Assembly (NCBI RefSeq): GCF_018977255.1
Contig: NW_024704742.1
Coordinates: 133,984,001-134,048,000, forward strand
Source: Callorhinchus milii
Taxonomy: Eukaryota
DNA length: 64,000 bases
Direction of reading: 5' to 3'
The position numbers and the translations under genes are program-made. The notes beneath the pieces were generated by a model, which saw nothing but the letters and a program-made list of their open reading frames with translations, was not told the DNA's origin and did no database searches. Positions within the stretch are counted from its first letter, which is position 1. Every line of letters starts with the position of its first letter. Below are positions 50,801 to 63,073 of this stretch, piece after piece.

Positions 50801-52407
50801 TTCTGTTTTAGGTCGTGTGCAAGCATGTCATTTTCGTAACCCGACATATGAGGTGTGCATCTATACATGTTGATTCGCAATTCAGCCACCCTACACCTGG
50901 TAGAATTTGCTGCGTGTATGTATTGTGCACGCAAATTGGAAACCGATGGGCCTGAAGCGATGTTATAACTGAGCAGCATGTTTCAATTTAACCCATCTTT
51001 AGATGAGACATTAAACCGAGGTCTTGCCTGCGTGTTTAGGTGGATATTAACAATCCCATAGAACTATTCTAAAAGAGAAGGGCACCTCTCTCAATGTCCT
51101 GGCCAACAGTCCCACAAATGGTCATTCACTTGGTGGCTATACACAAATTGGCTGCCGCATTCACCCACAAACCACATAGACACTGCACTTTACAGTATAT
51201 CTCGTGAAGCGTTTTGGGACAGTCTCTCAACATAAAAGACGCTGTACCCAATGTAAGTATTATTTTATTTAATTCTTTCCAAGTAGTAACTTTTTTGTAG
51301 GCAAACACTTACTGGAATGTCAGTGACAACAACAACAAATTACATTTATATAGCGCCTTCCTCGTCAGGAGGACCCAGTATAGTTGTTCCAGAGGTGAGA
51401 GTTCCACCAACTGAGCCATGCTAATGGCGTGGTCATATGGATCTTTGTGACACTATACTTAAATAGGTATGTGCTGATAGATCCCAGTTCCCTGGATATT
51501 TCAAAATGACAAACTTGGCAATGCTGTATTTGGTAGAATTTAGTTCAGTAAACTATCTGTAAAGTAACCAAAATATTTTAATGATTGCTGTAATAAAGTG
51601 CTATTTTTTTTAAATCAGAAAAAGTTGGAAACTACAGAAATTAACCGATCACCCAGCCGACTGACATTTAAAATTCTGCAAGTATATCTGTATGAATGGT
51701 GTTCATTTCGAGATGGTCTGCCAATAAATTATCTATTTAGTATGAGATAAGAAGGCAGAGCCTGTTATTAACCTACTCCCATCTATGGTCATCGCCATCT
51801 TCTAATGTTTAGCGTTTCAGTGGCTGCAAACAGAACTATGAAGTCTGCAGTGAAATGATAGTAATACAGACCATAATATGGTTTAATGTCCCTTTATTTC
51901 ATGAGCAAATAAAAGTAGGTCTCAGGAGCTCCCTTTTTGACCGCGCTCTTGGTCATCTTCACGCCCCCCCTCCCCCAACTGGGGGGGTTCTTTCAATGTG
52001 AAAGATACTGTATAATTGTGGAGTCCTGTAGCTCAGAGGTTAGAGCACTCACCTCGCAGGCAAGTCTTGCTCTGCCTTGTGAGTTAGATAGATGTTAAAT
52101 GTCCTCCCCTCAACTGCTTTTAACTCTCCATTTATTTCATGTTCCAAATTCACTGCAAACTGTAGATTATTTGGCTTCTCATCTCTATTTGTAGGATATT
52201 GCTGCCATATTAGCTGCTGTGGTGGTGGGATGAATGGAAATCTCAGCTTGGTTTGGATACTCTTAAGCATGGGAATGGGTTTCTGCATGTGTCAGACACT
52301 GGGCTGACCCAAAAAAAGTGTAATCTTCACTTAATGAATTATTATTACGGTTCTGTGAAGCGTTTTGGAACTTTTTTTTTTGAATGAAAGGTGATAGATA
52401 CTGTGGA

Positions 52408-52724
52408 GTGGAGTCCTGTAGCTCAGTGGTTAGAGCACTCGCTTTGCATGCGAGAGACCCGAGTTCAATTCCAGGCAGAGGGCGAAACCTTGGGCAAGTT
52501 TCCTTACTCCACACGCCTCATAATAATCCCTCCAAAACAAAAAACAATAATAAAATTGGTCATTTTCAATTTACAACTGTTTGTGGGACACTGCTGTGCG
52601 CAATTGGCTGCCGCGTTCGCACACAAATATACAGTCAATTCACTTTACAGTATATTCTGTGAAGCGCTTTGGGACGTCGAGAAGACGTGACAAGCGCTAT
52701 ATCAAATGCAAGGATTATTATTAT
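52408..52724 (+). mobile_element. tRNA-derived SINE, short form with GAGAA loop (intron 1, sense)
   Basis: Head with GCTTTGCATGCG (tRNA-Ala TGC-like); deletion junction CACGCCTC|ATAATAATCCC. Confidence 0.9.
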
Positions 52725-55162
52725 ACAGTATATTTTAAATGTATACTATGGTACTATTTATGAATAATTCATTGCTTGTAAGTTTGAGGTAGCTTTTGTT
52801 TTGATAGTCAGCCCTCTGTGCTTGTCCACACAGTGATTTGAAGATATCAGCCAAACATTATCTGGTGACATGTGCCTGTGCCTTCACAGGAGCAATGGAC
52901 AGCCTATCAAAGTGTTTTTTTCCCAGTTAAACTTTAACAGAATAACTGGGCTTCATACGAAAGATTATGGGACACAACTGGTCACAACAGTGTGTTTTCG
53001 TCTTGACGAAGAAGTAGTTAAATACTTTTTCAAATAATCTAACTTTTAGAATATTTGACTACATCTGCGTTTTTTTAAATTTGTTAAATGTTTGTAAAAA
53101 TAAACGTGTCAGCCTTGCTCCATCGGTAGGGCTCACAGTCACCTCTGTGCCACAGGTTGATGGTTCAAGCCCCACGTCAGGCTTTCAACTTGGGCACCTT
53201 AGGTGAACCTGCACCGCAGCCCTGAGAGAGCATTGTATTGTTCCAGCTGTCATCCTTTGGATGAGACATTAAACTGAACCCTGTTCCTCTTCAGGTCAAA
53301 GTTAATGGATTGCATCACACTATTCAAAGAGAAGGGAGTTTCTCCTGGTATCCTGGCCAACAATCCCAGGGTAAAATTGGTCATTCACTTCATAGCTGTT
53401 CGTGTGACATTGCTGTACTCAAATTGGTTGCCATATTTGTGTGCAAGTCTACTTTGATAAGGCACGAAAGCATATGTAAGAATTGTTATGGGGAAAGGCA
53501 AATGAGTGATAGCTCTTTTACAAAGCCTAGCTCAATTACAAGCCAGCGTAGGCATAATAATTCGAATTGCCTGATGTGCTATAAAAGTCTTTAATAATAT
53601 CTGCTTAATTCTGGTTACTAGAAGATATGGAGGGAGGGAAGGGAAATAATCTTGAAATGTTTATCTTGAAATCTTTTATGTAGTCAAGTTTGCAAGTTGG
53701 AACATTCAACATGTGAGATCAGGGATCCTGCCAGCTGCCTCAGTTCCGATGCTAATTAACATTTAAAACAGCCAAACAAAACCTACATGAACAGACTACC
53801 TTTGCCACGTCACGCATTGAAAGCTGCTGACCTAGCTTAACCCAACATTTTGTTGACTTTATGTTTTAAAGTAGAAGAATGATGGTATTAAGCATTAAAA
53901 GCATTGTGCTGTTATCAATGAGTTAGTTGCATTTAACTTCCAAAGAAAAGTTCATGGAAAGGAAGCCTATTGTGATGCCCTCGATTATAAGGTGACTATA
54001 TAATGGACACTAATATTTTACCACATGAAAACATTAAAATCCTATTTCAAGAGTATCATGAATAGCTTAGATCATGAATCGTGAGACAAGTATGAATTGG
54101 TTAGGTTGTGCATCACTAGAGGAGCCACCCAGCTTCCTGCCTGCATGTGTAGAATACCCCAGGCATCTTGCCATGAAACTTGGAAGCATTGTCCTGGCCA
54201 ATGGTGGTTGGTTATCTCACTTGTTTATAACACGGGTTGAAATTTTCTGTATCCCAACATCTGGGTTATACATCTGGGTTTCCCTGTATTGCGGACTCTG
54301 CTCCTGGAAAGGATTTGAAGTTGCAGCTTCCAACAGTGGAGCAATTACATGTGGAAACGTGCCTTTATATTTCACTTTAAAATCCCACCACTTGAGGCTG
54401 AAGAAAGTGCAGGTTTCTTTTTAATGTTTATTAACCAGGAGTGTTGTTGGTTGTTTAAACAATAAAAACACTCTTATTTGAACACCCAAGACCATTTACA
54501 CAAGGGGCTGTTTGAATGAAGATCCATCCTTCGCATGCAACAACAACAATAACTTGCACTTATATAGTGCCCTCGGGGCAGGGTAGCATTTCAGAGCAAT
54601 TAAACCGAGACAAAACCGAGGTCCTGTTCAGGTGGACGTTAAAGATCCCAAGGCTCTGTTCGAAAAGAGAAGGGAGTTTCTCCTTCCACTGTCCTGGCCA
54701 ATTATTCCCCAAATAATATTGGTGGTTTGTTTCATGGCTGCTTTTGGGACATTGCTGTGTGCAAATTGGCTGCTCCGTTCACCTACGAATAGTTATTACA
54801 CTTTGCAGTGTATGAAGCGATTTGGGAAATGATGTAAGGATTATTATTAAATGCATGTTTTAGTGCTGATGAATTCCTTGAAGGCAGGATGGACATGGAT
54901 GGTCAAATTCTTGTACTAGGAATCGGAAGACATCTATGGGTTGTAAGGTTGGATTAATATCCTAGATTTTTGCTTATTGGCCTGTGGGATTCATATAAAC
55001 TTGGACTTTATCTTGAAGAGATCTTACCTACAGCTGGTTACCTTAGCCCTGCTTGATGGTACTAACTGCATATGTTCTGTGAAGTAAATAGGTTTGATCT
55101 ATTACGCTGCCTTCTCTTCTTACCTAGCTTTGTGTGCATTGAGATGTTTCCTGTGCTTTCAG

Positions 55163-55317
55163 ATGCCATCCCCAGTGCAGATCAGGTCCGTATAACACCG
55201 TCTCTGAGAAGCCAGAAAGGGTCCGTTTGGACTAAATCCAAAGTGAACTTTGAACACTGGGAAACTCAGGTTACGTTTCGTGTAACGGGAAGAGGAAGAG
55301 TTGGAGCTGATGGACTG
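55163..55317 (+). CDS. LMAN1: LMAN1 exon 2
   Basis: ctttcAG|ATGCC; (N)AIPSADQVRITPSLRSQKGSVWTKSKVNFEHWETQVTFRVTGRGRVGADGL; donor |GTACAT. Confidence 0.97.
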
Positions 55318-55409
55318 GTACATATTGTATCTATATTTTTTTAAAATTTATAATTTTTGGACATTGCAATGGCATGTGCAGATGGTGTTTTTCCTCTCTT
55401 CCCCCGTAG

Positions 55410-55517
55410 GCAATCTGGTACACATCGGAACAAGGATTGGATGGTCCAGTTTTCGGAGCGTCTGAGCCATGGAATGGTGTGGGCATCTTTTTTGACTCCT
55501 TTGACAATGATGGAAAG
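55410..55517 (+). CDS. LMAN1: LMAN1 exon 3
   Basis: cccgtAG|GCA; AIWYTSEQGLDGPVFGASEPWNGVGIFFDSFDNDGK; donor |GTACTA; preceding intron is 92 nt. Confidence 0.97.
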
Positions 55518-56956
55518 GTACTAAGAATTTGAGGGGATTTAATCATGGGAATGGAGTGCTGAGGCAGTTACTTTGACTTGTGTTTCAATGAAATGTCTGT
55601 GGAAACTGTACGTTCTGTACATTTAAAGTAGTTGTTCTGGCTCAGTTGATACCATTTGCACCATTGGGTCAGAAGGTTATAGGTTTAAGCCCATGTCAAA
55701 CATTGATCTCATAGTCTAGGCTGACACTCCACAATATTCCTATGGGGGGGTCACTGCTCTGTCCAAGGCGTTGTCCTCCAGATGAGACGCTAAACTGGGT
55801 CCCAGTTTTGCCTGAAAACACAGTTAATTCACTTTACAGTATATTCTGTGAAATGCTTTGAGACGTCTTGACGATGTGATGAGTCGTGATACCAAATGCA
55901 AGGATTATTAAAGCAACAACTTTGAATTATATAGCGCCCTCCACGCCGGACAGCGTCTCAGAGCGCTTTACAGTAACGGATCCCGGGACCGGGATTATTA
56001 TAATATTATTATGTATTATTATAAATCTTCACCGTATTAATCCAATACCAAAAACTAGGCAAATGGAAACCCCAAATTATTAGCTCGCATTTGGTTTAAA
56101 GCAACGATGAGTCTGGCCATCTATTAAGATCTTGCAGCTTCTGGAATTGGAAAACATTGGACAAACTCTCTTCCTACAATAAAGTTCCCAAACAATATAT
56201 CCAAGATCGCCCCCCATAAAGATTTGATTACAGATTTTGATACAAATCAGTCAGAGATTGCTTTAAGAATAGCATTACGTGAACCAAAAGGTTTACTCTG
56301 AAGTTACATGAATCCTGGAAAGAGGTTTTAAAGATGTATTTGAAACCTATTTTAAGTTTAGCCTAAATAACAATCCTTGTTAACTTTTTAACTAGTGTTT
56401 GTGCAAAACAGATGGCTTTTCTTCAATAAAGGGCAGAGAAATATCAGGTTCCAATGCCATTTCTGTTGGGTACACAATGCTCCACTGCCTGGCGCACAGT
56501 AATTATTTATTGCTATCAGTTCATCTACTCAATTCAAGCCAATTGCGAGGCAAAATATGTGCAGTTTGCTGAGAGCCACGACTGCTTTAGTCGCTGGAGA
56601 GATCATTGGGTGTTTTTTGTTGCCAGATGTACTGGTTGTTACTGGCTGAGTTTAAATGGAAATTGAGGAATACTGGTTTTATACCGTTTTCTGGATTGAT
56701 TTCAAATTAATGTGAGATTCCCATCTGTTGGCCTAGTGACAATGTGGACTTGCTCTGTCTCTTTAATCTATATTGCTTGTAGAGACATCAGCAAATCTCA
56801 TGCTGGTAATGACATATTGAATTGTAATGTTCAAAGTCTCTGTTAATATGACCACTAAGCAAAGTGTTTGCTTAGTTCAATAGTTGAAATAAACCGAGTC
56901 ACTTTATAACTATGGTATTCAATTCAGGCCAAATGGGTTTGGACTGATTGTTGTAA

Positions 56957-56992
56957 GTCTCTCTCTCTATCTCTCTCTCTCTCTCTCTCTCT
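56957..56992. repeat. (CT)n microsatellite
   Basis: Interrupted CT run in intron 3. Confidence 0.9.
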
Positions 56993-57429
56993 TTCCCGCC
57001 TCCTCTATCTCTGATAGATGTAAGCACAATAAATTCACAATAATTCCAGCGATTGCAAATTCCCAAGGAATTTTGCAATAATTGGGGCATATTTGGCAGC
57101 ACTCAGAAAACAGTAAAATGACGATTATTGTAAATGAGAAAATTCCCATAGTATAATAGAGGTGCTCCTTATCTTGGAGTCAGGGCAGAGTAATATGTTC
57201 TTTGTTCTGAGAGTGCTTGAAGTTAATTATAAAGGCCAAAATAGAATATTGTTCTATCCCTCCTCTCCTTGGAAGAACCTTTAAATTCAGTCTTGATTTA
57301 GAAGCTGTTTTTCTACAGTACCCAAAAATTACTGTGGAAAAATAGCTTGAAATCCATAGTAAATGTTACAGAATAACTTTTTGTATAAGAAAACACTGAT
57401 CATTAGCTTGTTGTACGGTTAATTTGCAG

Positions 57430-57491
57430 AAGAACAACCCAGCAGTGCTCATCGTTGGAAACAACGGAAAGCTTGTCTACGATCATCAGAA
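57430..57491 (+). CDS. LMAN1: LMAN1 exon 4
   Basis: tttgcAG|AAG; KNNPAVLIVGNNGKLVYDHQ(N); donor AA|GTGAGT, phase 2. Confidence 0.96.
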
Positions 57492-57687
57492 GTGAGTTAT
57501 AGAAAAATCCAGTGTTTCTTAAAACATTTTCTTCATTTATTCCAAAGCTGCCACTGGATTTGGTCATGTTATTCCTTCTCTGCATGCCCACTGCATCCAT
57601 GTCTGCAGTCTCTCTTCCCAACCATGTCTGCAGTCTGTCTATGATTACAGTGGTGAGACATCACCTTGTTGACGAGTATCAACAAGA

Positions 57688-57914
57688 TAATAATAATCCC
57701 TCCAAAAAAACCAAAAAAAAAAAAAAAAAAAAAATTGGTCATTTTCAATCTACGACTGTTTGTGGGACATTGCTGTGCGCAATTGGCTGCCGCGTTCGCC
57801 CACAAATATACAGTCAATTCACTTTACAGTGTGTTCTGTGAAGCGCTTTGGGACGTCCTCCCGATGTGAAAAGCGCTATATCAAATGCAAGGATTATTAT
57901 TATTATTATTATTA
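57688..57914 (+). mobile_element. tRNA-derived SINE, young subfamily, 5'-truncated with expanded internal A-run (intron 4)
   Basis: 3' two-thirds near-identical to young copies. Confidence 0.9.
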
Positions 57915-58169
57915 AAGCACAAATGGCATTTCTATTTCAACACCCGCTTCCAAATCAAGGGGATAGTGTGTAGTTGATTAGTAACTGATAAAATTGTCTC
58001 TTGGATGGGTAAATAGGAATCATAGAAGTATCCAGCACAGCTTTGATGTGCCATAAGCCATCCCAGCTCTTTCACCTCAAGTATCTATTCTCATCCTAAT
58101 TCGATGACCTGTCTTTCACCTCTCCCACCTCCATTTAAAATTGGTCTATATAGATCGTACAGCATGGAA

Positions 58170-58595
58170 ACGGCCTCCTTGCTAACCTAGCCAACCCTCC
58201 ACCACCCTTAAAGTCAAACTCTGTTACCTGTATTTTCAACTGCACCAAACTCCACATCGCCATCTCCCCCAGTCCTTGCCAACTCCATTGACTCCCTATT
58301 GCAGAAAGGATCAATTTCAAGATCCTGGTGATGGTGCATCTCAGGCATTGGGGTCGTGCCTGAGGGACTTCAGGAACAAGACTTCATTCATCACTTCATT
58401 CCCTGGCATCTCCCTACCTCTCTGACCTGCTTACACCCCACTCCCCTACTTACCCCCTTCAGATAACACCTTCCTCTTCAACCATACCGACAGTCACCTC
58501 TACCAGCTCGGCTTCAAACTCCGCCACTGTTAAGTGCTCTGAAACTCCCTGCGTGAAGGGAGCTTGTATAAATACAACTTGTGATGGTGGTGGTT
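58170..58595 (+). mobile_element. Old L2 3' fragment containing a 53-nt copy of LMAN1 exon 5
   Basis: CAACTCCATTGACTCCCTATTGCAGAAAGGATCAATTTCAAGATCCTGGT matches L2 LHWLPI..RI.FKILV; L2-like sequence resumes after 58380. Confidence 0.75.
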
Positions 58596-58850
58596 GTTTG
58601 GCAGGCTTTTTTTCCTGAAGACTATACTCTGGTTCTTTCAAAATGTCTATGCCTAAATAAAAACGATGGCTAAACAATGTCTTTCAGAATACCAAATCTG
58701 GCATGTAACAATGCAAGGTAGAGTCAAGTGAAGGTGTAAAACCATGAACCTAATTTATGTTCCGTTTTCGCTGAACGATTCTGTAAACTTAGCCCATTTC
58801 TTTTGACCATGTGTTAAGAGCCCTCCACATTAATACATTTACTTCTGCAG

Positions 58851-58950
58851 TGATGGTGCATCTCAGGCATTGGGGTCATGCCTGAGGGACTTCAGGAACA
58901 AGCCTTACCCTGTCAGAGTCAAGATAACCTACTATCAAAAGACATTGACT
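58851..58950 (+). CDS. LMAN1: LMAN1 exon 5
   Basis: ttctgcAG|TGAT; DGASQALGSCLRDFRNKPYPVRVKITYYQKTLT; donor |GTAAGT. Confidence 0.96.
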
Positions 58951-60315
58951 GTAAGTCTCTTTGAATCTCAATACATTCTAAATCCATCCATTTTGAGATT
59001 GATTCTATTGCGTTGAACACAATTCTGTTAGGAGCTATCACAGCTTTTCTTAACTTTTTTTGTTTAAAACTATAATTTTTCAAAAAGTAAAGATGCCATG
59101 TGTTGCACAATCACACAAGGGAGGAAGGGAAAAATACTGTTTAAAAAGCAAAGTCTACAGAGTTTTTGAAAAGTTGAAACCAGAGTCAAGCTTCCTTACT
59201 CTGCACGCCTCTTTTACCTGGCAGTAAGTAGGAACCTGTGGTTAGTTGTTTGACAGATTGCGTTCCGAGGATAATAATCCTTTCAGAAGAAAAAATAATA
59301 ATTTGGTCACTCAATCCATGACTGTTTGTGACACACTGTGTGTGCGATTGGTTGCTGTGTTTTGCCCACAAAATATACAGTTAATTCTATTACAGTATTT
59401 GCTGTGAAGCGCTTTGAGATATCTCAACAATGTGATAAGATCCTATATCAAATGCAAGGATTATTATTATAATAAGTTAAGTTTGTGCAGCTTAGTGTTC
59501 TGTTTGTATTAGATCCTTCTGTAATGCGTCAGCGATTGTTTGCTTTTAAATCTGGAAACTTTATTTACTGTAACGGTTTCAGGGCAGCAGTTACTCTTCT
59601 TAAAGAAAAAATATACAGAGACTCCAAACGTTTGGATTTGGAAAGTGTTGGGTTTATTTCTGAGAACCTTGGCTTTAATTGTGCCGTTTGTTTCATACAA
59701 CATTTGAGCATTTTTTTTAAGCAGCTGGTTGTCCAGATTGTCATGTTGACTTTTGCCACTATGGCATTCCTGCTGTGGCCGATACCAAAGGGGAAGGAAC
59801 TCTTGTTATCCATGGATCTGTTTTGAGTTCTCTCTTTTACTTGAAAAATCACTTAAAGTGCTGGAAACTTGGGTAGAAAAGCTTCTCTCTCAAGGTCAAA
59901 TTCTGGTCATTCATGACAGGAAGAAGTGACAAAATTACCCAATCTTATAAGCCTGTGAGATCCCCTCATAAAGCATTTACAATTCTCATTGATATCTGTG
60001 CTATTTGGTGTTTTTCCAGATTGGTGTGCAGGGATCTTTCTGAACACAGTAAAGTTGTAGTTCAGACACCTATCATGGAGTCTTTTACATCTCCCAGATA
60101 AAATCTTGTCATTCACTTCACAGCTGTTTGTGGGGCATTGCTGTTTACAAATTGGCTGCCCTTTTTGCAAGCAAACAGAACAGTAAAATGTCACAGTAAA
60201 ATCCCATCGATTGTTTTGAGACATCTCCAACATGACGAGGCACTGTACTAAACACAAGGATTATTATTATATTGTAACCCAGCACACACTTTACAATGTT
60301 TTTCTCCACTTTCAG

Positions 60316-60439
60316 GTTATGATACATAATGGCTTTACTCCAAATAATGACGATTACGAGCTTTGTGCCAAGGTAGAAAACATGATCATTCCTCCTGATG
60401 GTTATTTTGGAATCTCGGCCGCGACCGGTGGCCTCGCAG
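60316..60439 (+). CDS. LMAN1: LMAN1 exon 6
   Basis: ctttcAG|GTT; VMIHNGFTPNNDDYELCAKVENMIIPPDGYFGISAATGGLA; donor G|GTTGGT. Confidence 0.96.
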
Positions 60440-60623
60440 GTTGGTCACGCTGCTGCAGCAAGTCACCCGATGATACATAAAACCCTTTTGTATATGAAGG
60501 AATTCATTGTTTTGAAATTATGGGGTGCATAGTTTAGTATCCAATTCACAAACAGACTTGAGTTACTGCACACGATAACTTGACAAGCAATGCTTCATGA
60601 CACCTCTTTCTGTTTCTTGGCAG

Positions 60624-60682
60624 ATGACCATGATGTCTTGTCTTTCCTGACCTTTAGATTAACCGAACCTGGCAAACAAGTG
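60624..60682 (+). CDS. LMAN1: LMAN1 exon 7
   Basis: ttggcAG|ATGAC; (D)DHDVLSFLTFRLTEPGKQV; donor |GTGAGA. Confidence 0.95.
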
Positions 60683-61775
60683 GTGAGATCTGGTGTCTGT
60701 AATGAACTAATATCTTGTCAATTCCTTGTGTTTAACGTGAACTGTTAGCGTAATTGGCATACAATTATAGTAACACTTACACTCTTCAAATCATTTTATG
60801 GTTTAGTTGGTTTTGCAATTAAAGTCTCAAAGAAACCATTTTAAATATATATTAATTAACATTAATTGGATTTCCACATCTCTTTATTCCTGCAAAGGAA
60901 TTATTCCTTTTATATTCCTATATGAATGGCGTTATATAAATGCTATTTGTTATGTAGCGCCTTCACGACATCCTCCTGATGTAAAAGGCGCTATACAAAT
61001 GTAATTTATTGTTGTATTTTAAAGATTACAAAGAGGTTTTGGTGAAGAAGGCCATTCGGCCCTTTTGATCTTGCCCTTCCAGACTCCCCATCTTCCCATT
61101 TACGCATCAAGCTGTTAAATGTGACAGTGTCCTTATCATCATTCTTGTTAACCTGTTCCAGCTGTATAAAAGAAATGTTCCCCAATACCTGTGTTAAGAT
61201 TAAACTTGACAGCCCTGTACGAAGAGGTAATAGTTTTCAAATCAATTGGTGAGGTTTTATAATGCTACATTTCGCAAGCCAGTAACTAATTTATTATTTG
61301 ATGATAATTCCTCAAAGAAAACAATAATAATTTGGACACTCATTCCAGGACTGTTTGTGGGACACTGCTGTGCGCAATTGGCTGCCACATTTCGCCCACA
61401 AATATACGGTCAATTCACTTTACAGTATATTCTGTGAAGCGCTTTGAGACATCTAGAAGACATGAAAAGCGCCATATCAAATGCAAGGATTATTATTAAT
61501 GTACTTAGTTTGCATTGTTTGCATCTCACTTTCAAAAATCTTAAAGCAAAAAAATTGTATTTCAACAACTGCTTACATTTATATAATGTCCTTGCACATG
61601 GTAGCGTAGTAATTTGATAAACCATAGCTTGATTTGTCCCATTTTTCACTGCACTCATGCTTTAACTTTGAAGGTCACACTACAAATGAATGCTTGTGTG
61701 TGGGTTTATTTTATGAATGTATTGCTTTGCTCCCCTTTGAAACCTTTTTGTTCAATTGTAATAAATGTTCGATGT

Positions 61776-61890
61776 CTGCGTTTCGCCCACACGTATACAG
61801 TTAATTCACTTTACAGTCTATTCTGTGAAGTGCTTTTGAGGCGTCTAGAAGACGTGAAAAAGCGCTATATCAATTGCAATGATTATTATT
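61776..61890 (+). mobile_element. SINE 3' fragment abutting the exon 8 acceptor
   Basis: CTGCGTTTCGCCCAC...ATTCACTTTACAG...GACGTGAAAAAGCGCTATATCAA...GATTATTATT. Confidence 0.88.
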
Positions 61891-61899
61891 TACTTACAG

Positions 61900-62035
61900 G
61901 AGGAACCTGCAGATTCAGAGATTCCTGATGAAGAAAAAGAGAAATATCGGGAAGAGTATGAAAACTTCCAGCAGGATCTCGATAAAAAGAAAGAGGACTT
62001 TCAGAAAGAACACCCTGAGATGCAAGGAGAGCCAG
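61900..62035 (+). CDS. LMAN1: LMAN1 exon 8
   Basis: cttacAG|GAG; EEPADSEIPDEEKEKYREEYENFQQDLDKKKEDFQKEHPEMQGEP; donor G|GTTAGG. Confidence 0.93.
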
Positions 62036-62885
62036 GTTAGGGCAACACTCTTAATAAAAATATATGATTGTATTTGAGGCATTATACCTGTAACTATAAA
62101 CTGATAGTGTTTGTGGAGGGAATTAAGTTTTTTTTAAGCAAGCAGTGCTTTTTTTTTAGTATTGGTACTTTAAGCTTACTTTGAGGGCACCAATGCTTTA
62201 AGAAAAATCATGCAGTTGGGATGGGCAAGGAAGGTCACTTGTCCACTAAAAATAAATATATATATTCATTTGGTCGCTCAATCCACTATGTGACACGACT
62301 ATGCGCAATTGGCTACCGCAGCTCGTCCACAAAGTATACAGTCAATTGACTTTACAGTAGATTCTGTGAAGCGCTTTGAGACGCATGATAAAGCTCTATA
62401 TCAAATGCAAGGATTAGTATTATTAAAAGTAAGCGTCTTGAAAGAAAGTGCTTAAAAGCGAGTATTTTCAGGGGACGTTTTTTCTCTGCTTGGACATGAG
62501 ATTTGTCCAATTCTATGTGGATATTGAACTTGAACTTAAGGAGGCTATAATATTGCCTGCATTTGGTACAGCACTTCACGTTGGGGGACGTCTCAAAGCA
62601 CTTCACGGGATTTACTGTGAACTGTACTGACCGAATTTGTCTGTGACGCAGCAGCCAATTTGTGCGACACAACAGCTACAAAGTGAATAACAAATTTATC
62701 TAAGGGATATAGTTCAACAACATTAACTTGCATTGTACAACGCCCTTCACATGTGATAGCATCTCAGCGAGCTGAAGGCAATTAACATTGTTGCAAAACG
62801 TACCATCTTTAAAGTCACCAAGGGTTCTTCATTGAATCTCTGTAACGGGGTCTTTTTTCACCAAGATTCCCTTGCATTTCCGTAG

Positions 62886-63073
62886 CCGACATGTTCGAAA
62901 CAGTCAACGAGCGTGAGCTGAGGCAGATCTTTGAGGGTCAAAATCGTGTTCACCTCGAAATCAAGCAGCTGAACCGACAGCTAGACATGATTCTGGATGA
63001 GCAAAGGAGATACGTCTCCCTCATGTCGGAGGAGATGAAGAAAGTGCCAAGCGGCCAGCCGCTAATGGGACAG
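62886..63073 (+). CDS. LMAN1: LMAN1 exon 9
   Basis: tccgtAG|CC; (A)DMFETVNERELRQIFEGQNRVHLEIKQLNRQLDMILDEQRRYVSLMSEEMKKVPSGQPLMGQ; donor |GTGGGC. Confidence 0.94.

Larger units (their letters stand above)
47047..63073 (+). other. LMAN1: LMAN1 / ERGIC-53 gene span, coding exons 1-9 (3' part continues beyond the window)
   Basis: Nine GT-AG exons (217, 155, 108, 62, 100, 124, 59, 136, 188 nt; 1149 nt, 383 codons) splice into one open frame: signal peptide, L-type lectin domain (RRFEYKYSFKGPHL...GADGLAIWY...FDSFDNDGKKNNP...YDHQND...ATGGLADDHDV), then the coiled-coil stalk. No TM segment or KKFF-type tail in the window. Confidence 0.97.

Noticed and set aside
58322..58380. Alternative or mutually exclusive exon 5
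   Set aside because: The nearest AG (58320-58321) gives a frameshift with an immediate TGA, the copy covers only half the exon, and no donor follows.
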